A DNA stretch of 64,000 bases from Acidobacteriota bacterium (GCA_046731735.1 JBKPLP010000155.1:14199-78198); one strand, 5' to 3'. Positions 36,798 through 47,145 are shown, numbered from the stretch's first letter. Notes: generated by a model not told the origin, from the sequence alone. Numbers and translations are program-made.

Positions 36798-37751
36798 ATG
36801 GACCTGAGACAGCTCGAGATTCTGCGCGCGATCGCCGAAACCGGTTCCTTCACCGCGGCCGGCGCGCGCCTGCACGTCTCGCAGTCCGCAATCAGCCGTC
36901 AGGTTCTGCTCCTCGAGGAAGAATTCAAGGAACCGCTCTTTATCCGCTTCGGGCGGCGCATCCAGATCACGCCGACCGGAGAAACGCTGCTGCAGCTCAG
37001 CCACCGCGTGTTCGCCGACATCCGCGACACGTCGGAAAGCATCCTCGACACGAAGAAGAAACTCACCGGCACACTGCGCCTGGTTGGCGGCATGACGGTG
37101 TGTCTCTACGTGTTTCCGAGCCTGCTGAAGGAGTTCCGCCGCCAGCACCCCGACGTCGACATCAAGGTGATCACGGGTGGGACACCGCGGCTCATTCGCC
37201 AGCTCCGATCCGGGACCGCTGATCTGGGACTCCTGACGCTGCCGGTCGACGACAACGCACTGGTCGCCGAGCCGGTGATTCGTGAGGAGCTCCTGCTGGT
37301 CACTCCAGGGGGCCACCGCCTCGCGGGCAGCAAGGTCGTCTCCCCGAGCGCGCTCGTCCGGCAGCCGTTCATCTTGTTCGAAAGCGGGTCGAACACGCGG
37401 CGCGTCATCGACGAGTTCTTCGTCCGTGCAGACATCAAGCCACGCGTGGTCGCCGAGACCGAGAACGTAGAAATCATCAAGTCGATGGTTGCCTCGGGCC
37501 TCGGCATCAGCATCGTCCCCTTCCAGTCGGTTGCGCGCGAGACGCGCGGCGGGAGCCTGTCGGTCGCGCGTATCCAGGGAGAGACGATGGTGCGCGAGAC
37601 CGGCTGGGTCCACCTGCGCTCCGAACGAACGCCACGAATGGTGCGAGAGATGATGGATACGCTGACTCGCATCATGCCGCGCCTGAAGCTGTCGCAGCAG
37701 CCCGCCCACAAGCGCGCCTCCGTGCAGCACGCGATCGCGTCCGGCGAGTAG
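36798..37751 (+). CDS. LysR family transcriptional regulator
   Basis: N-terminal [39 protein letters not shown] plus a LysR substrate-binding domain. Confidence 0.88.
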   Translation: MDLRQLEILRAIAETGSFTAAGARLHVSQSAISRQVLLLEEEFKEPLFIRFGRRIQITPTGETLLQLSHRVFADIRDTSESILDTKKKLTGTLRLVGGMTVCLYVFPSLLKEFRRQHPDVDIKVITGGTPRLIRQLRSGTADLGLLTLPVDDNALVAEPVIREELLLVTPGGHRLAGSKVVSPSALVRQPFILFESGSNTRRVIDEFFVRADIKPRVVAETENVEIIKSMVASGLGISIVPFQSVARETRGGSLSVARIQGETMVRETGWVHLRSERTPRMVREMMDTLTRIMPRLKLSQQPAHKRASVQHAIASGE

Positions 37752-37759
37752 CATCTTTT

Positions 37760-38062
37760 ATGCGCCTCACCGAGCGGGAGATCGATAAACTCCTCATTTT
37801 CACGGCGGCGGACGTCGCGCGGCGGCGGCGCGCCCGCGGCCTGAAGCTGAACCACCCAGAAGCTGTCGCCCTCATCACCGCCGAAGTGCTCGAAGGCATC
37901 CGCGACGGGAAGAGCGTGGCCGATCTGATGGTGATGGGCGCGCAGGTGTTGACGCGCGACGACGTGATGGAGGGGATCGCGGAGATGATTCCGGAAATCC
38001 AGGTGGAAGGCACCTTTCCGGACGGCACCAAGCTCGTCACCGTCCACGACCCGATTCGATGA
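37760..38062 (+). CDS. ureA: urease subunit gamma
   Basis: [23 protein letters not shown]..., 100 aa. Confidence 0.95.
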   Translation: MRLTEREIDKLLIFTAADVARRRRARGLKLNHPEAVALITAEVLEGIRDGKSVADLMVMGAQVLTRDDVMEGIAEMIPEIQVEGTFPDGTKLVTVHDPIR

Positions 38063-38427
38063 TTCCGGGCGAGCTGTTCCTGCGCGACGAGCCCGTCGAA
38101 CTGAATGCCGGACGCGAGCCGATCCGCATCCGCGTCGACAACGCCGGCGATCGGCCGATCCAGATCGGATCGCACACGCACTTTTTCGAAGTCAACAAAC
38201 ATCTTCGGTTCGATCGTGGTCGCGCGTACGGCTGTCATCTGAACATCCCGGCCGGGACCGCGCTTCGGTTCGAACCCGGCGAAGGACGGGAGATCGATCT
38301 CGTGCCGTTTGGCGGGACGCGCCGCGTGTTCGGCATGAGCGGACTGGTCAATGGCTCGCTCGACGATCAGCGCGATCAGGCAGTTAGCCGTGCGAGCGAG
38401 CGCGGCTTCACCGGGGATCGACGGTGA
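38059..38427 (+). CDS. ureB: urease subunit beta
   Basis: MIPGELF...[16 protein letters not shown]. Confidence 0.93.
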   Translation: MIPGELFLRDEPVELNAGREPIRIRVDNAGDRPIQIGSHTHFFEVNKHLRFDRGRAYGCHLNIPAGTALRFEPGEGREIDLVPFGGTRRVFGMSGLVNGSLDDQRDQAVSRASERGFTGDRR

Positions 38428-40130
38428 AGATTCCGCGGCGGACGTACGTCGATCTTTACGGCCCCACCACCGGAGATCGCGTTCGCCTCGGGGACACGTC
38501 TCTCGTGCTCGAGATCGACCGCGACCATGCGCGGTATGGTGACGAGGTCGTGTTCGGTGGCGGCAAGGTCATCCGCGATGGACAAGGGCAATCCCAGGCA
38601 ACCCGCGCGGCGGGCGCGCCGGACCTCGTGATCACGAACGCCATCGTCGTGGATCACTGGGGCGTCGTAAAGGCCGACGTGGGCGTCCGCGACGGCCGCA
38701 TCAGTGCGATCGGAAAGGCCGGCAATCCCGACATTCAGGACGGGGTCACGCCCGGTCTCGAGATCGGTCCGTCGACTGAAATCCTCGCGGGCGAGCATCG
38801 AATCCTGACCGCGGGCGGAATCGATTCCCACATCCACTTCATCAGCCCGCAGCAGGCGTGGGAAGCGCTCTACAGCGGCATCACCACCATGATCGGCGGC
38901 GGCACCGGGCCGGCGGAAGGCACGCGGGCGACGACCTGCACGCCCGGTGAGTGGAACATTCGACGGATGCTGGAAGCAGCCGAAGGACTGCCGCTGAATT
39001 TCGGGTTCCTGGGAAAAGGCAACGCGTCCCTGCCGGACCCGCTGGTCGAGCAGATCGTCGCCGGAGCGATTGGCCTGAAGCTGCACGAAGATTGGGGCAC
39101 GACGCCGCAGGCAATCGACACCGCGCTCGGCGTCGCGGACGAGTACGACGTGCAGGTCGCGATTCATACCGACACGCTGAACGAATCAGGATTCGTCGAG
39201 GACACGCTCGCCGCCTTCAAGGGCCGGACGATTCACACCTACCACAGCGAAGGTGCCGGCGGCGGGCACGCCCCCGACATCATGAAGGTCTGCGGTCAGC
39301 CAAACGTGCTGCCGTCGAGCACGAACCCGACGATGCCGTACACGGTGAACACGCTCGACGAGCACCTGGACATGCTGATGGTCTGCCATCACCTCAACCC
39401 GCAGGTACCCGAAGACGTCGCGTTCGCCGAGTCGCGAATACGGCCGGAGACGATGGCCGCGGAGGACGTCCTGCACGATCTCGGCGCGATCAGCATGATG
39501 TCATCCGACTCGCAGGCGATGGGCCGCGTCGGCGAAGTCATCACACGCACGTGGCAGACGGCGCACGTGATGAAAGAGACGCGAGGCGCGCTCCGCGGCG
39601 ATCGGGCGGAGAACGACAACCTGCGCATACGCCGTTACGTCGCGAAGTACACGATCAATCCCGCACGCACGCACGGGATCGCCGATTACGTCGGGTCGAT
39701 CGAGGTCGGCAAGTGGGCTGACCTCGTGTTATGGTCGCCGGCCTTTTTCGGCGTCAAACCCGACCTCATCGTCAAGGGCGGGATGATCGTCGCGGCACTG
39801 ATGGGAGACCCCAACGCGTCCATCCCGACGCCTGAGCCGGTGCGGTATCGGCCGATGTTCGGCGCGCTGGGCAAAGCGCCCGACGGGCTCGCGGCGACGT
39901 TCGTCTCGCGCGCCGCGCTCGACTCGAGGTCGCTGCCGGCATCGCTCCGGCGGACCCTGCTGCCGGTGCGGAACACGCGGACGCTCGGCAAACGGGATAT
40001 GGCCATGAACGATGCGCTGCCGTCGATCGAGATCGATGCGGAGCGCTATACCGTCACCATCGATGGAGAGAGAATAGAGCCGAAGGCCGCGGCGCGGCTG
40101 CCGCTGGCACAGCGGTATTTTTTGTTCTGA
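38424..40130 (+). CDS. ureC: urease subunit alpha
   Basis: 568 aa with [16 protein letters not shown] and MVCHHL motifs. Confidence 0.95.
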   Translation: MKIPRRTYVDLYGPTTGDRVRLGDTSLVLEIDRDHARYGDEVVFGGGKVIRDGQGQSQATRAAGAPDLVITNAIVVDHWGVVKADVGVRDGRISAIGKAGNPDIQDGVTPGLEIGPSTEILAGEHRILTAGGIDSHIHFISPQQAWEALYSGITTMIGGGTGPAEGTRATTCTPGEWNIRRMLEAAEGLPLNFGFLGKGNASLPDPLVEQIVAGAIGLKLHEDWGTTPQAIDTALGVADEYDVQVAIHTDTLNESGFVEDTLAAFKGRTIHTYHSEGAGGGHAPDIMKVCGQPNVLPSSTNPTMPYTVNTLDEHLDMLMVCHHLNPQVPEDVAFAESRIRPETMAAEDVLHDLGAISMMSSDSQAMGRVGEVITRTWQTAHVMKETRGALRGDRAENDNLRIRRYVAKYTINPARTHGIADYVGSIEVGKWADLVLWSPAFFGVKPDLIVKGGMIVAALMGDPNASIPTPEPVRYRPMFGALGKAPDGLAATFVSRAALDSRSLPASLRRTLLPVRNTRTLGKRDMAMNDALPSIEIDAERYTVTIDGERIEPKAAARLPLAQRYFLF

Positions 40131-40152
40131 GCGACAGCCACACTGAAGATCA

Positions 40153-40256
40153 AAACAGGAGGAAGGGAGAAAGGGAGAAGCTGCGACCTCCAAGAGCGCA
40201 AACGCGAATACGGGACTCGCGGTGTTCAGGATTCTCCCCTTCTCTCCTGCTTCTGT
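40153..40256. repeat. inverted-repeat element (second copy of the 14914 family) between ureC and ureE
   Basis: Left arm AACAGGAGGAAGGGAGAAAGGGAGAAG. The right arm GATTCTCCCCTTCTCTCCTGCTTCTGTT is its imperfect complement. Confidence 0.85.
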
Positions 40257-40318
40257 TGCCTTTGGCAGCCAAGCCAGCGCGACAGTGACTGTCGTCGATT
40301 AGATCGTAGGGGCCCCAG

Positions 40319-40771
40319 ATGAAACCCGAACCCGCAATCCCGATCCGTATTCTCCGCCGCGACGCTGAGCCGCCAGCAGGACTCCCCGTCGTCGAGCTGC
40401 CGATGAGCGCGCACGACAGACGACGCGTTCGGAGGCTGGTGGAAGCGCCTGATGGCGTCGTCCTCGCGCTGGAGCTGCCGACGGGCACGATTCTCCATCC
40501 GGGGCAGCTGCTGCACCACGACGCTGAAGCGGCATACATCGTGTCCGCCGCCGACGAGGACGTGCTGGTGGTGCGGCCGCGCGACATCGCCGAGGCGGCG
40601 CGCGTCGCGCATCTGATCGGGAATATGCATCGCGACATCCACATCGAAGACCGGGAGGTCGTCACGCTGGCAGATGAGGGGTTGCTGGAGCGGATCCGCA
40701 AGCTGGGCGTCGACGTCGAACGGGTGCGCCGCCCGTTCCATGGACGCGCCCCAGGGGAGCACGCGCATTGA
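40319..40771 (+). CDS. ureE: urease accessory protein UreE
   Basis: 150 aa with HLIGNMH and a His-containing C-terminus. Confidence 0.85.
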   Translation: MKPEPAIPIRILRRDAEPPAGLPVVELPMSAHDRRRVRRLVEAPDGVVLALELPTGTILHPGQLLHHDAEAAYIVSAADEDVLVVRPRDIAEAARVAHLIGNMHRDIHIEDREVVTLADEGLLERIRKLGVDVERVRRPFHGRAPGEHAH

Positions 40772-41436
40772 TGCGCAGCGCGCAGCTGCTGCGGCTGTTC
40801 CAGCTGTTCGATTCGCAGTTCCCGGTCGGCGCCTTTGCACACTCCGGCGGCCTGGAAACATACGCGCAGGCCGGCGCCGGACTCCCAGCGCTGCGCGTGC
40901 TGCTGACCAATCAGGTCGCCCTCGGATGGGGGCGCGGCGAGCTCGCGGCCGCATGCCTGGCATGGAGCGCCGCCGGCGCACCATCCGCGCCGCGTGAACT
41001 GGATCGGCTCGCGTCCCGCGCCGGCGCGTTCAAGGTGGTTCCGGCGGTACGCGACGCCAGCGTCCGTCTCGGCACGAGAACGCTGACGCTGCTCCGCCGG
41101 CTGTATCCTGACGAGATCGCTGCTCTCGATCCGCAGCCGGCTCACCACGCGGTGATCGTCGGCGCGGCCGCGCGGCTGCTGGAGCTGCCGCAGCGCGAGC
41201 TGTTGCTCGCGTACGGGCAGAGTCTGCTCGCGGGAACGCTGGCCGCCGCGACCCGGTGCATGCCGGTCAGTCCGGCGCAGACGCAAGCGTTGATCGTCGA
41301 ACTACAGCCGCAGCTCGCCGACGCCGTCGAATGCGTCATCGCGGCTCCGGAAGACGCGATGTTCACCTGCACACCGGCGCTCGACATCAGGTGTGACCAG
41401 CAGGGACGTTTACATACACGGCTCTTTCAGTCGTGA
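40768..41436 (+). CDS. ureF: urease accessory protein UreF
   Basis: LLRLFQLFDSQFPVGAFAHSGGLE. Confidence 0.88.
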   Translation: MMRSAQLLRLFQLFDSQFPVGAFAHSGGLETYAQAGAGLPALRVLLTNQVALGWGRGELAAACLAWSAAGAPSAPRELDRLASRAGAFKVVPAVRDASVRLGTRTLTLLRRLYPDEIAALDPQPAHHAVIVGAAARLLELPQRELLLAYGQSLLAGTLAAATRCMPVSPAQTQALIVELQPQLADAVECVIAAPEDAMFTCTPALDIRCDQQGRLHTRLFQS

Positions 41437-41443
41437 GCGCCGC

Positions 41444-41501
41444 GATTCGCGATTCGCGGATTTCTTGATTAGGGATTCGCGATTAGGGATTAGGGATTCG
41501 G
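41444..41501. repeat. mixed heptamer array GATTCGC / GATTAGG x8
   Basis: Fills the ureF-ureG spacer up to 3 nt before the ureG ATG. Confidence 0.9.
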
Positions 41502-41504
41502 TTC

Positions 41505-42110
41505 ATGAGCGTCACCATAGGTGTAGGCGGCCCGGTCGGGTCTGGCAAGACGGCGCTGCTCGACAGCTTGTGCAAGCGGCTGCGGGATCGCTACAGTCTG
41601 GTGGTCATCACCAACGACATCTACACCCATGAGGATGCCGAATTCCTGATGCGCTCCGGCGCGCTGCCGATCGAGCGGATTCGCGGTGTGCAGACCGGCG
41701 GCTGCCCGCATACCGCCATCCGCGAAGACACCTCGATCAACCATGAGGCGCTCGACGCGATGCGGGCGCGGTTCCCGGACGCCGAGATCCTGTTTCTCGA
41801 ATCCGGCGGCGACAATCTCGCCGCGTCCTTCAGCCCCGAGCTCGTCGACGTCAGCATCTACGTCGTCGACGTGGCCGGCGGCGACAAAGTACCGCGCAAG
41901 GGTGGTCCGGGAGTGACGCGCAGCGATCTTCTGGTCATCAACAAGACCGATCTCGCGCCGCTGGTCGGGGCCGACCTCGGGGTGATGCAGCGCGACGCCG
42001 AGAAGATTCGCAACGGCAAGCCAATCGTGTTCACCAACCTGAAACGCGGCGACGGACTGGACGAGGTCATCGAGTGGATACGGCGTCAGGTGCTGTTCGA
42101 GAAGTCGTAG
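41505..42110 (+). CDS. ureG: urease accessory GTPase UreG
   Basis: P-loop GGPVGSGKT, and ESGGDNL and NKTDL motifs. Confidence 0.95.
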   Translation: MSVTIGVGGPVGSGKTALLDSLCKRLRDRYSLVVITNDIYTHEDAEFLMRSGALPIERIRGVQTGGCPHTAIREDTSINHEALDAMRARFPDAEILFLESGGDNLAASFSPELVDVSIYVVDVAGGDKVPRKGGPGVTRSDLLVINKTDLAPLVGADLGVMQRDAEKIRNGKPIVFTNLKRGDGLDEVIEWIRRQVLFEKS

Positions 42111-42904
42111 GTCGCCTCGATCTCACGTTCGCCGCGGGTCGCGCGGGCACCGTACTCGCTCAGGCGCACGTGCGCGCGCCGCTGAAAATCGTCCGCCCGT
42201 TCGCGCTCGAGGACGGGCGCGTCCTGGTCCAGATTCTCCACCTCGGACCGGGATTGTGTGCCGGAGACGAGTACGCGATCGACATCACCGTCCAGGCAGG
42301 CGCACGCGTCGTGATCATCATGCAGTCCGCCTCGCGCGTACTCGGCATGCCGGCGCGAACGGAGGCGTCGCAATCCGTCACCCTCGAGGTCGAGGGAGAC
42401 GGCCATCTGGAGTACTACCCGGGCCTCACGATCCCGTTCGCCGACAGCAGCTTCGTGCAACGCGTGCGCGTAAACGCCGCGCGCCAGTCACGAGTGGGAA
42501 TCCTTGAAACCTGGGGCACCGGCCGCAGCGTTCGCGGCGAGCACCTGGCGTTCCGCAAGATTTCGAGCCGAACAGCCGTGTGCATTGATGGCGAGGTCGT
42601 TTACGCGGACGCGACGGAACTCGAACCCACGCGGTGCAATGTCTCTGGCACCGGTGTTTTGGACGGGCATCGCTACCTGGCGTCAGGCTTCTGGTATGGC
42701 GCGACGCTGGGTCAGCCGGCGAGCCCGCCCGCACGAGACGCGGTACTCTGCGCATTTGGTCAGAGCACGCCACAGTCTGTCTACCTGAGAGCGCTGGCAG
42801 TCGACGGCGACGCGATCGCGCAGGTCGGCAGCGACGCCGTTCAGATCGTCAATGCCGCCTGGGGACTACAGTCAATCCCGCTGCGACGATTTACTTCGTC
42901 GTAG
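42074..42904 (+). CDS. ureD: urease accessory protein UreD/UreH
   Basis: 276 aa, GTG start overlapping the ureG 3' end. Assigned by position and size within the ure cluster. Confidence 0.8.
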   Translation: MDTASGAVREVVGRLDLTFAAGRAGTVLAQAHVRAPLKIVRPFALEDGRVLVQILHLGPGLCAGDEYAIDITVQAGARVVIIMQSASRVLGMPARTEASQSVTLEVEGDGHLEYYPGLTIPFADSSFVQRVRVNAARQSRVGILETWGTGRSVRGEHLAFRKISSRTAVCIDGEVVYADATELEPTRCNVSGTGVLDGHRYLASGFWYGATLGQPASPPARDAVLCAFGQSTPQSVYLRALAVDGDAIAQVGSDAVQIVNAAWGLQSIPLRRFTSS

Positions 42905-42959
42905 CTATCAGCTATCAGCTATCAGCTACTAGCCACCAGCCACCCAGCCGCCAGCCGCC
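42904..42959. repeat. degenerating heptamer array GCTATCA x3 -> GCTACTA -> GCCACCA -> GCCGCCA
   Basis: Fills the convergent spacer between ureD and the DUF1080 gene. Confidence 0.9.
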
Positions 42960-43874
42960 TCATTTCTCCGGCTGATCGTATCCCGCCAGCCTGCGAATCC
43001 ACACATTGCGATAGCGAACCGGGTGGTTGTGATCCTGCAGCGTCAGCGGCAGCTCCGGATCGTGCGGCGCGTACTGATGGACCGTCGCGGTCGCCGACGT
43101 GGGGCCCATGATCGGACGCCGATGGTGCACGAGCACGCCGTTCCAGAGCACCGTGACGTACGCAGGCGCGACGGTCATGGTGCCGTTGAACTTCGGCGCC
43201 TCGAAGATGATGTCGTAGGTCTGCCACTCACCCGGCTTCTTCGCCACGTTCACGAGCGGCGGGTACTCGCCGTAAATCGCGGCCGCCTGGCCGTCCGCGT
43301 AGGTCACGTTCTCGTACGAATCGAGCACCTGAACCTCGTACTTGCCCATGAAGCTCACGCCGCTATTGCCGCGGTCCTGGCTGGCGCCCTTGGCGGGCGA
43401 CGGCGTCGCCCACTCGAGGTGCAGCTGCACGTCGCCGAACTTCTCGCGGGTGACGATCGACCCGGTTCCGGCGCCGGTTTCGAAGTAACCGTCCCGCACC
43501 GGCCACTTTGCGTCCGCTGCGTTCCGCGCCGACATCCATTTCGACAGATCCTTGCCGTCGAAAAGCACGATCGCGTCGGCCGGCGCCGCACCCGGGGTCG
43601 CGCCCGGCGTCACCATGCGCGGGTGCGGACGCGAGGCGTCATGAATGCGCCACGGCGTGCCAGGAATCTCCGCGAGTTTGGTGAACCCGATGATCGCATT
43701 GCGATCGTCGCGCACTGGACCGGTATCAGTCTGATTGCCGCGTCCTGCAGGTTGCGGCGTGGGCTGCGCCTGACGCGCGTCGACCAGCGCGCCGAGCGCG
43801 AGCAGTGCGATTGCGACGGCGACACCAACTGAAATGCGAGTCAACGAAATCGATCGAGACGAATCGGACATCAT
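42960..43874 (-). CDS. DUF1080 (3-keto-disaccharide hydrolase-like) domain protein, secreted
   Basis: Signal/TM segment, then a typical DUF1080 pattern (LFDGKDLSKW...GNSGV...YEVQVLD...IRYRNVWIR-like). Confidence 0.75.
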   Translation of the reverse strand: MMSDSSRSISLTRISVGVAVAIALLALGALVDARQAQPTPQPAGRGNQTDTGPVRDDRNAIIGFTKLAEIPGTPWRIHDASRPHPRMVTPGATPGAAPADAIVLFDGKDLSKWMSARNAADAKWPVRDGYFETGAGTGSIVTREKFGDVQLHLEWATPSPAKGASQDRGNSGVSFMGKYEVQVLDSYENVTYADGQAAAIYGEYPPLVNVAKKPGEWQTYDIIFEAPKFNGTMTVAPAYVTVLWNGVLVHHRRPIMGPTSATATVHQYAPHDPELPLTLQDHNHPVRYRNVWIRRLAGYDQPEK

Positions 43875-44079
43875 GAGAACTCCTGCGGGTAGTGGTCAAT
43901 TCCCAGATCATGCGAACTATGCATCAGTTATGTGGAATGAGGTTTGGTTCGTCGATCGTCAGCGGGCACTGCGGTGTTGAAGGTAACGACCTCGGTTGTA
44001 AACCATCTCCTCGCGCCTGCGTATATACCCGAGAATCCACGGTTGCGGCACACTCCGTCAGCTTGCGGGATCTTAGCCC

Positions 44080-45042
44080 ATGAGAACACTCGCCGGTGTC
44101 TTGCTTCCCGCATTGCTTGGCGGATTCGTGCACGCCGAGGGGCACGATCGCGCGCAGGTCCCGACCGCGGCAGCGATCGTCGCGCAGTCGCCGTGTCAAT
44201 TCAGTACGTTCGAGGAACAGACGCCCTTTACCAGACGCTTCTACTCGAAGGCTGATTACGACAGGGCAAAGAGCAACGCGTCGATCGACTGTCTCAGGAT
44301 TCAGTACTTGAGCGATGGCCTGAAGGTGGTCGGCTTCCTGGTCAAGCCTCGCGATCCGGAGGGAAGGCGCTATCCCGTCATTATCTACAACCGTGGCGGT
44401 CTGCTGGACGTCGGGAAGATCGATGCGCCGAACATTCTCGATTTCTACGAGCTCTCCGCCAACGGTTTCGTGGTGTTGGCGTCGCAGTATCGTGGCAACG
44501 ACGGTGGGGAAGGCATGGAGGAGTTCGGCGGGGCCGACGTCGGCGATGTCGTCACGCTCGTCTCTCTCGCGGCCTCGCTGCCCTACGCGGATCCGAAGAA
44601 CATTTTCTTGTACGGCCATTCACGCGGCGGGATGATGGCGTTCCTGGCCCTTGCGCGCGGGGTGCCGGTGAATGCCGCAGCCGTGGTCGGCGGCATCTAC
44701 GACCTGGAAGGTCTGATGGAGGCGATGAAGCAACGCATGGCCGGCGTTGCCACCCGCGTGATGAAGCTGATTCCCGATTATCCGAGTCGGGGCGCCGCCG
44801 CACTCGCCGAACGCTCGGTCATGCAGTGGCCGGAGAAGGTCGCCGTTCCACTGCTGATGATTCATGGTGCGGATGACGAGGAAGTACCGGTGTCGCAGGC
44901 GCTGGCGTTTGCGGCGAAGTTAAGCGGCCTGCGGAAGGAGTACGAGTTGATCGTATACGCGAAGGAGATCCACGAGGCGCTCAATAATCGCCGCGATCGG
45001 GATGCGCGGATCGTCGCGTGGTTCCGGCGCTACATGCGGTAG
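44080..45042 (+). CDS. alpha/beta hydrolase, S9 prolyl-oligopeptidase / dienelactone hydrolase family, secreted
   Basis: Signal peptide, nucleophile elbow GHSRGG, and later D and H residues (HGADDEEV, EIHEA). Confidence 0.75.
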   Translation: MRTLAGVLLPALLGGFVHAEGHDRAQVPTAAAIVAQSPCQFSTFEEQTPFTRRFYSKADYDRAKSNASIDCLRIQYLSDGLKVVGFLVKPRDPEGRRYPVIIYNRGGLLDVGKIDAPNILDFYELSANGFVVLASQYRGNDGGEGMEEFGGADVGDVVTLVSLAASLPYADPKNIFLYGHSRGGMMAFLALARGVPVNAAAVVGGIYDLEGLMEAMKQRMAGVATRVMKLIPDYPSRGAAALAERSVMQWPEKVAVPLLMIHGADDEEVPVSQALAFAAKLSGLRKEYELIVYAKEIHEALNNRRDRDARIVAWFRRYMR

Positions 45043-45112
45043 AGCAGCCACCTCCTGCACGGCGCGTTGCCCGGCCGCGCGATGTTGGGCTACACTTGGT
45101 GCTTCCCATTAC

Positions 45113-45184
45113 GGGCGCTTGGCTCAGCGGTAGAGCATCGCCTTCACACGGCGGGGGTCAGTGGTTCGAATCCACTAGCGCCCA
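45113..45184 (+). tRNA. tRNA-Val (anticodon CAC)
   Basis: Folded by hand into a cloverleaf: acceptor GGGCGCT/AGCGCCC, D arm GCTC-AGCGGTA-GAGC, anticodon arm TCGCC-TTCACAC-GGCGG, T arm AGTGG-TTCGAAT-CCACT. CCA is not encoded. Confidence 0.9.
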
Positions 45185-45231
45185 CTAGATTTTATCCGGG
45201 TCGCTTGCAACGAAACTGCAATGGACGCAAG

Positions 45232-45270
45232 AAAGGGGGCGCCTCAACCGAGGCGCCCCTTTCGCTTTTG
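45232..45270. terminator. bidirectional intrinsic terminator
   Basis: aaaGGGGGCGCCTC-aacc-GAGGCGCCCCttt, flanked by an A-rich 5' side and a T-rich 3' side. It lies downstream of tRNA-Val (+) and of the islet genes (-). Confidence 0.7.
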
Positions 45271-45378
45271 CCGTGAAAGACCCCAACCCGCGTTTAACTT
45301 GCCGATACACGGTTCGGCGAACATGTACCACCGGTGTGGCGGCGGAGGCGTGGGGGACGCCGACTGCTGCTTCTGCGT

Positions 45379-45822
45379 TTAATTATCACCGAGCTTCAGC
45401 CCCAGCATGGACGCCAAACGGTTCACTTCCTGACGCGGCGCGGGTCTTGACCAAAAGCCTGCCGTCGGAGGATCTGACGTCAGGTACCCGGGGCCGATAC
45501 CGTACCCACCCAGGCCACGGCTCCCAGCGTAGAAGTGAAGGACGAAATCCGGTGGGACGGGTCCTCGAAGGGGATCTTGCCACCCCGAACGATAGGCTTG
45601 GATGAAGCGCGCAGCCGCACTCACCTGCGCGGCATCATTCGTCGTCTTGACGATATCACCGGAGCGCGTGAGCACAACGAGTCGATTCGCCCGCTCCAGT
45701 GGCGAGAAGTCGATCTTGTGTCGTATGCCAAACAACGCACAGCCCGCGATCAGCACAGTTGCCGGCATAACGGTAAGCAGAGCGACTGCCTTCATCGTCA
45801 TCGAAGGACTGGGTTGGAGCAT
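45379..45822 (-). CDS. hypothetical lipoprotein
   Basis: Signal peptide with a lipobox-like LIAGC. No family recognised. Visibly lower GC than the surroundings. Confidence 0.5.
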   Translation of the reverse strand: MLQPSPSMTMKAVALLTVMPATVLIAGCALFGIRHKIDFSPLERANRLVVLTRSGDIVKTTNDAAQVSAAARFIQAYRSGWQDPLRGPVPPDFVLHFYAGSRGLGGYGIGPGYLTSDPPTAGFWSRPAPRQEVNRLASMLGLKLGDN

Positions 45823-46298
45823 TACGTGGCGTCCTTGGAAATCTGCGGATACACCGAGACCTCAATGCCTACGCCCAGTTCGCCGGCAAGCGCGAGAAGC
45901 TTCGGGGGCAAGAACACGCTTTGGTAGATTGGAGGCTCTGCCGAAGCAGGGGAAGCAAACGGAAAATCCAAATACACCTGTTCGACGTCAGAGCTTGCAG
46001 CGAGCGCGGACAGATCGCGCCGAAACGTTTCTAGAAATTCCAGCGCATCGGCAATCTGACCTTGGAGATCCGTCCACTCCTTGCCGCTCACGTTGACTTT
46101 GAAGCCACCCTCATCGTGCGTGCGGCCGTAGAACTTGGCGCCTAAGCGCCGAGGCTCGCCTTTGCACCATGACTCGTATGCGGGCAGACTTGAATGCTCG
46201 AGGAATTTCTGTGGATCGAAGTGTTCGCCGTACACGCGCAGGACGCACATGATTCGTGAGGTGAGAACGGTCTCACTAATGATAGCCCGACGATCCAT
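45822..46298 (-). CDS. hypothetical protein, DUF4279-like
   Basis: The pattern LRVYGEHFDPQKFLEHSSLPAYESWCKGEPR resembles DUF4279 N-termini. Its stop overlaps the start of the lipoprotein gene. Confidence 0.45.
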   Translation of the reverse strand: MDRRAIISETVLTSRIMCVLRVYGEHFDPQKFLEHSSLPAYESWCKGEPRRLGAKFYGRTHDEGGFKVNVSGKEWTDLQGQIADALEFLETFRRDLSALAASSDVEQVYLDFPFASPASAEPPIYQSVFLPPKLLALAGELGVGIEVSVYPQISKDAT

Positions 46299-46441
46299 CT
46301 CGCGGTCGGTCTACGGGGCCCTCCTCGGTTCGAATGCGGAATGCTTCACGCAACAGGCGGGCAAACGGGCCACGGCCCGGAGGGAAAGTTCCTGCAAAGC
46401 CACGGTGGGGCGCGAGTCGGTGATTATGTAACGGCGGTTCA

Positions 46442-46458
46442 CAGTGGTTCGATCCACT
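46442..46458 (+). repeat. degenerate direct repeat of the tRNA-Val T-arm/3' end (att-like remnant)
   Basis: CAGTGGTTCGA-TCCACT here compared with CAGTGGTTCGAATCCACT at 45159-45176. Confidence 0.55.
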
Positions 46459-46469
46459 CGCAGGGAACC

Positions 46470-46498
46470 AAAAAAAACGGCCGCCGTAACGCGGCCGT
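46470..46498 (-). terminator. intrinsic terminator of the 46579-47145 gene
   Basis: Minus strand reads ACGGCCGC-gttacg-GCGGCCGT followed by T8. Confidence 0.75.
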
Positions 46499-46508
46499 TT
46501 TCATTCCC

Positions 46509-46577
46509 ATCGTCAATCGACATTCAATCGTCAATCTGCAACCGGCATTGCACTCGCCAATCGGCAACCGGCAATCG
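46509..46577. repeat. degenerate heptamer array (TCGTCAA/TCAATCG/GCAACCG/GCAATCG...)
   Basis: Period-7 pattern read directly, immediately 3' of the 46579 gene stop. Confidence 0.7.
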
Positions 46578-46578
46578 T

Positions 46579-47145
46579 TCACGATCCAGCCTTCTTCCCC
46601 TTGACCTGCGCGGTCAGCGTCGACAGCATCTTCGCGTATCGCTCGTCGGCGTCCGAGTACGCCTTCGTGTAATCCGCGTCGCTCATCTTGGCCTTCTTGG
46701 CGTCCCCGTCGAAGAGGACGGTCTTGTCCGACTGTTCGTAGGTGTCGGCCGCCTGATCGCCGTCCGGCTTGGACCTCAGGCCATCCGCGCCTGCGTCCTG
46801 AACGAATACCTTGCTGCCGCGGACCGATGCGGATTGCAGATCGACGTACACACCCATGTAGTCGTTGGTTTTGATTCGCTCCGTGAGCAGCGGCGGCGCG
46901 GCGTATTTCGCGGAGACGACGAGCAGTTGCGTGCCGGGAATGTAGAGCGCGGCGATGAAGGCGTTGGGATCGGACGGATCGGCGGCGGCGATGTTTTCGA
47001 GCTTGGCGGCGTCGAGCGCCTGGATCAGCTCTTTTGCAGCCTGGGCGGACTTGGACTCCTGCGTCGCGGCGGCCGCAATGGGCAGCGTCGCCGCGGACAG
47101 CAGAAGGGCGGCGGCTCCCAGGCAATGCCGGTGGAACTGTGGCAT
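46579..47145 (-). CDS. secreted hypothetical protein
   Basis: 188-aa ORF with a signal peptide (LGAAALLLSAATLPIAAAAT). Codon usage looks coding. No family recognised. Confidence 0.5.
   Translation of the reverse strand: MPQFHRHCLGAAALLLSAATLPIAAAATQESKSAQAAKELIQALDAAKLENIAAADPSDPNAFIAALYIPGTQLLVVSAKYAAPPLLTERIKTNDYMGVYVDLQSASVRGSKVFVQDAGADGLRSKPDGDQAADTYEQSDKTVLFDGDAKKAKMSDADYTKAYSDADERYAKMLSTLTAQVKGKKAGS

Noticed and set aside
36691-41501. GATTAGGG/TTAGGGAT repeats resemble telomeric TTAGGG repeats.
   Set aside because: The period is 7, not 6. The arrays are short, internal to operon spacers and mixed with GATTCGC units. They belong to the general heptamer-array phenomenon.
46389-46470. 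Possible second tRNA or tRNA-like gene ending ...GGTTCGATCCACTCGCAGGGAACCA.
   Set aside because: The T-loop is one nt short. The putative acceptor 5' strand (TTCCTGC) does not pair fully. I could not build D or anticodon arms. It is better explained as an att-like remnant of the tRNA-Val 3' end. tRNAscan/ARAGORN would settle it.
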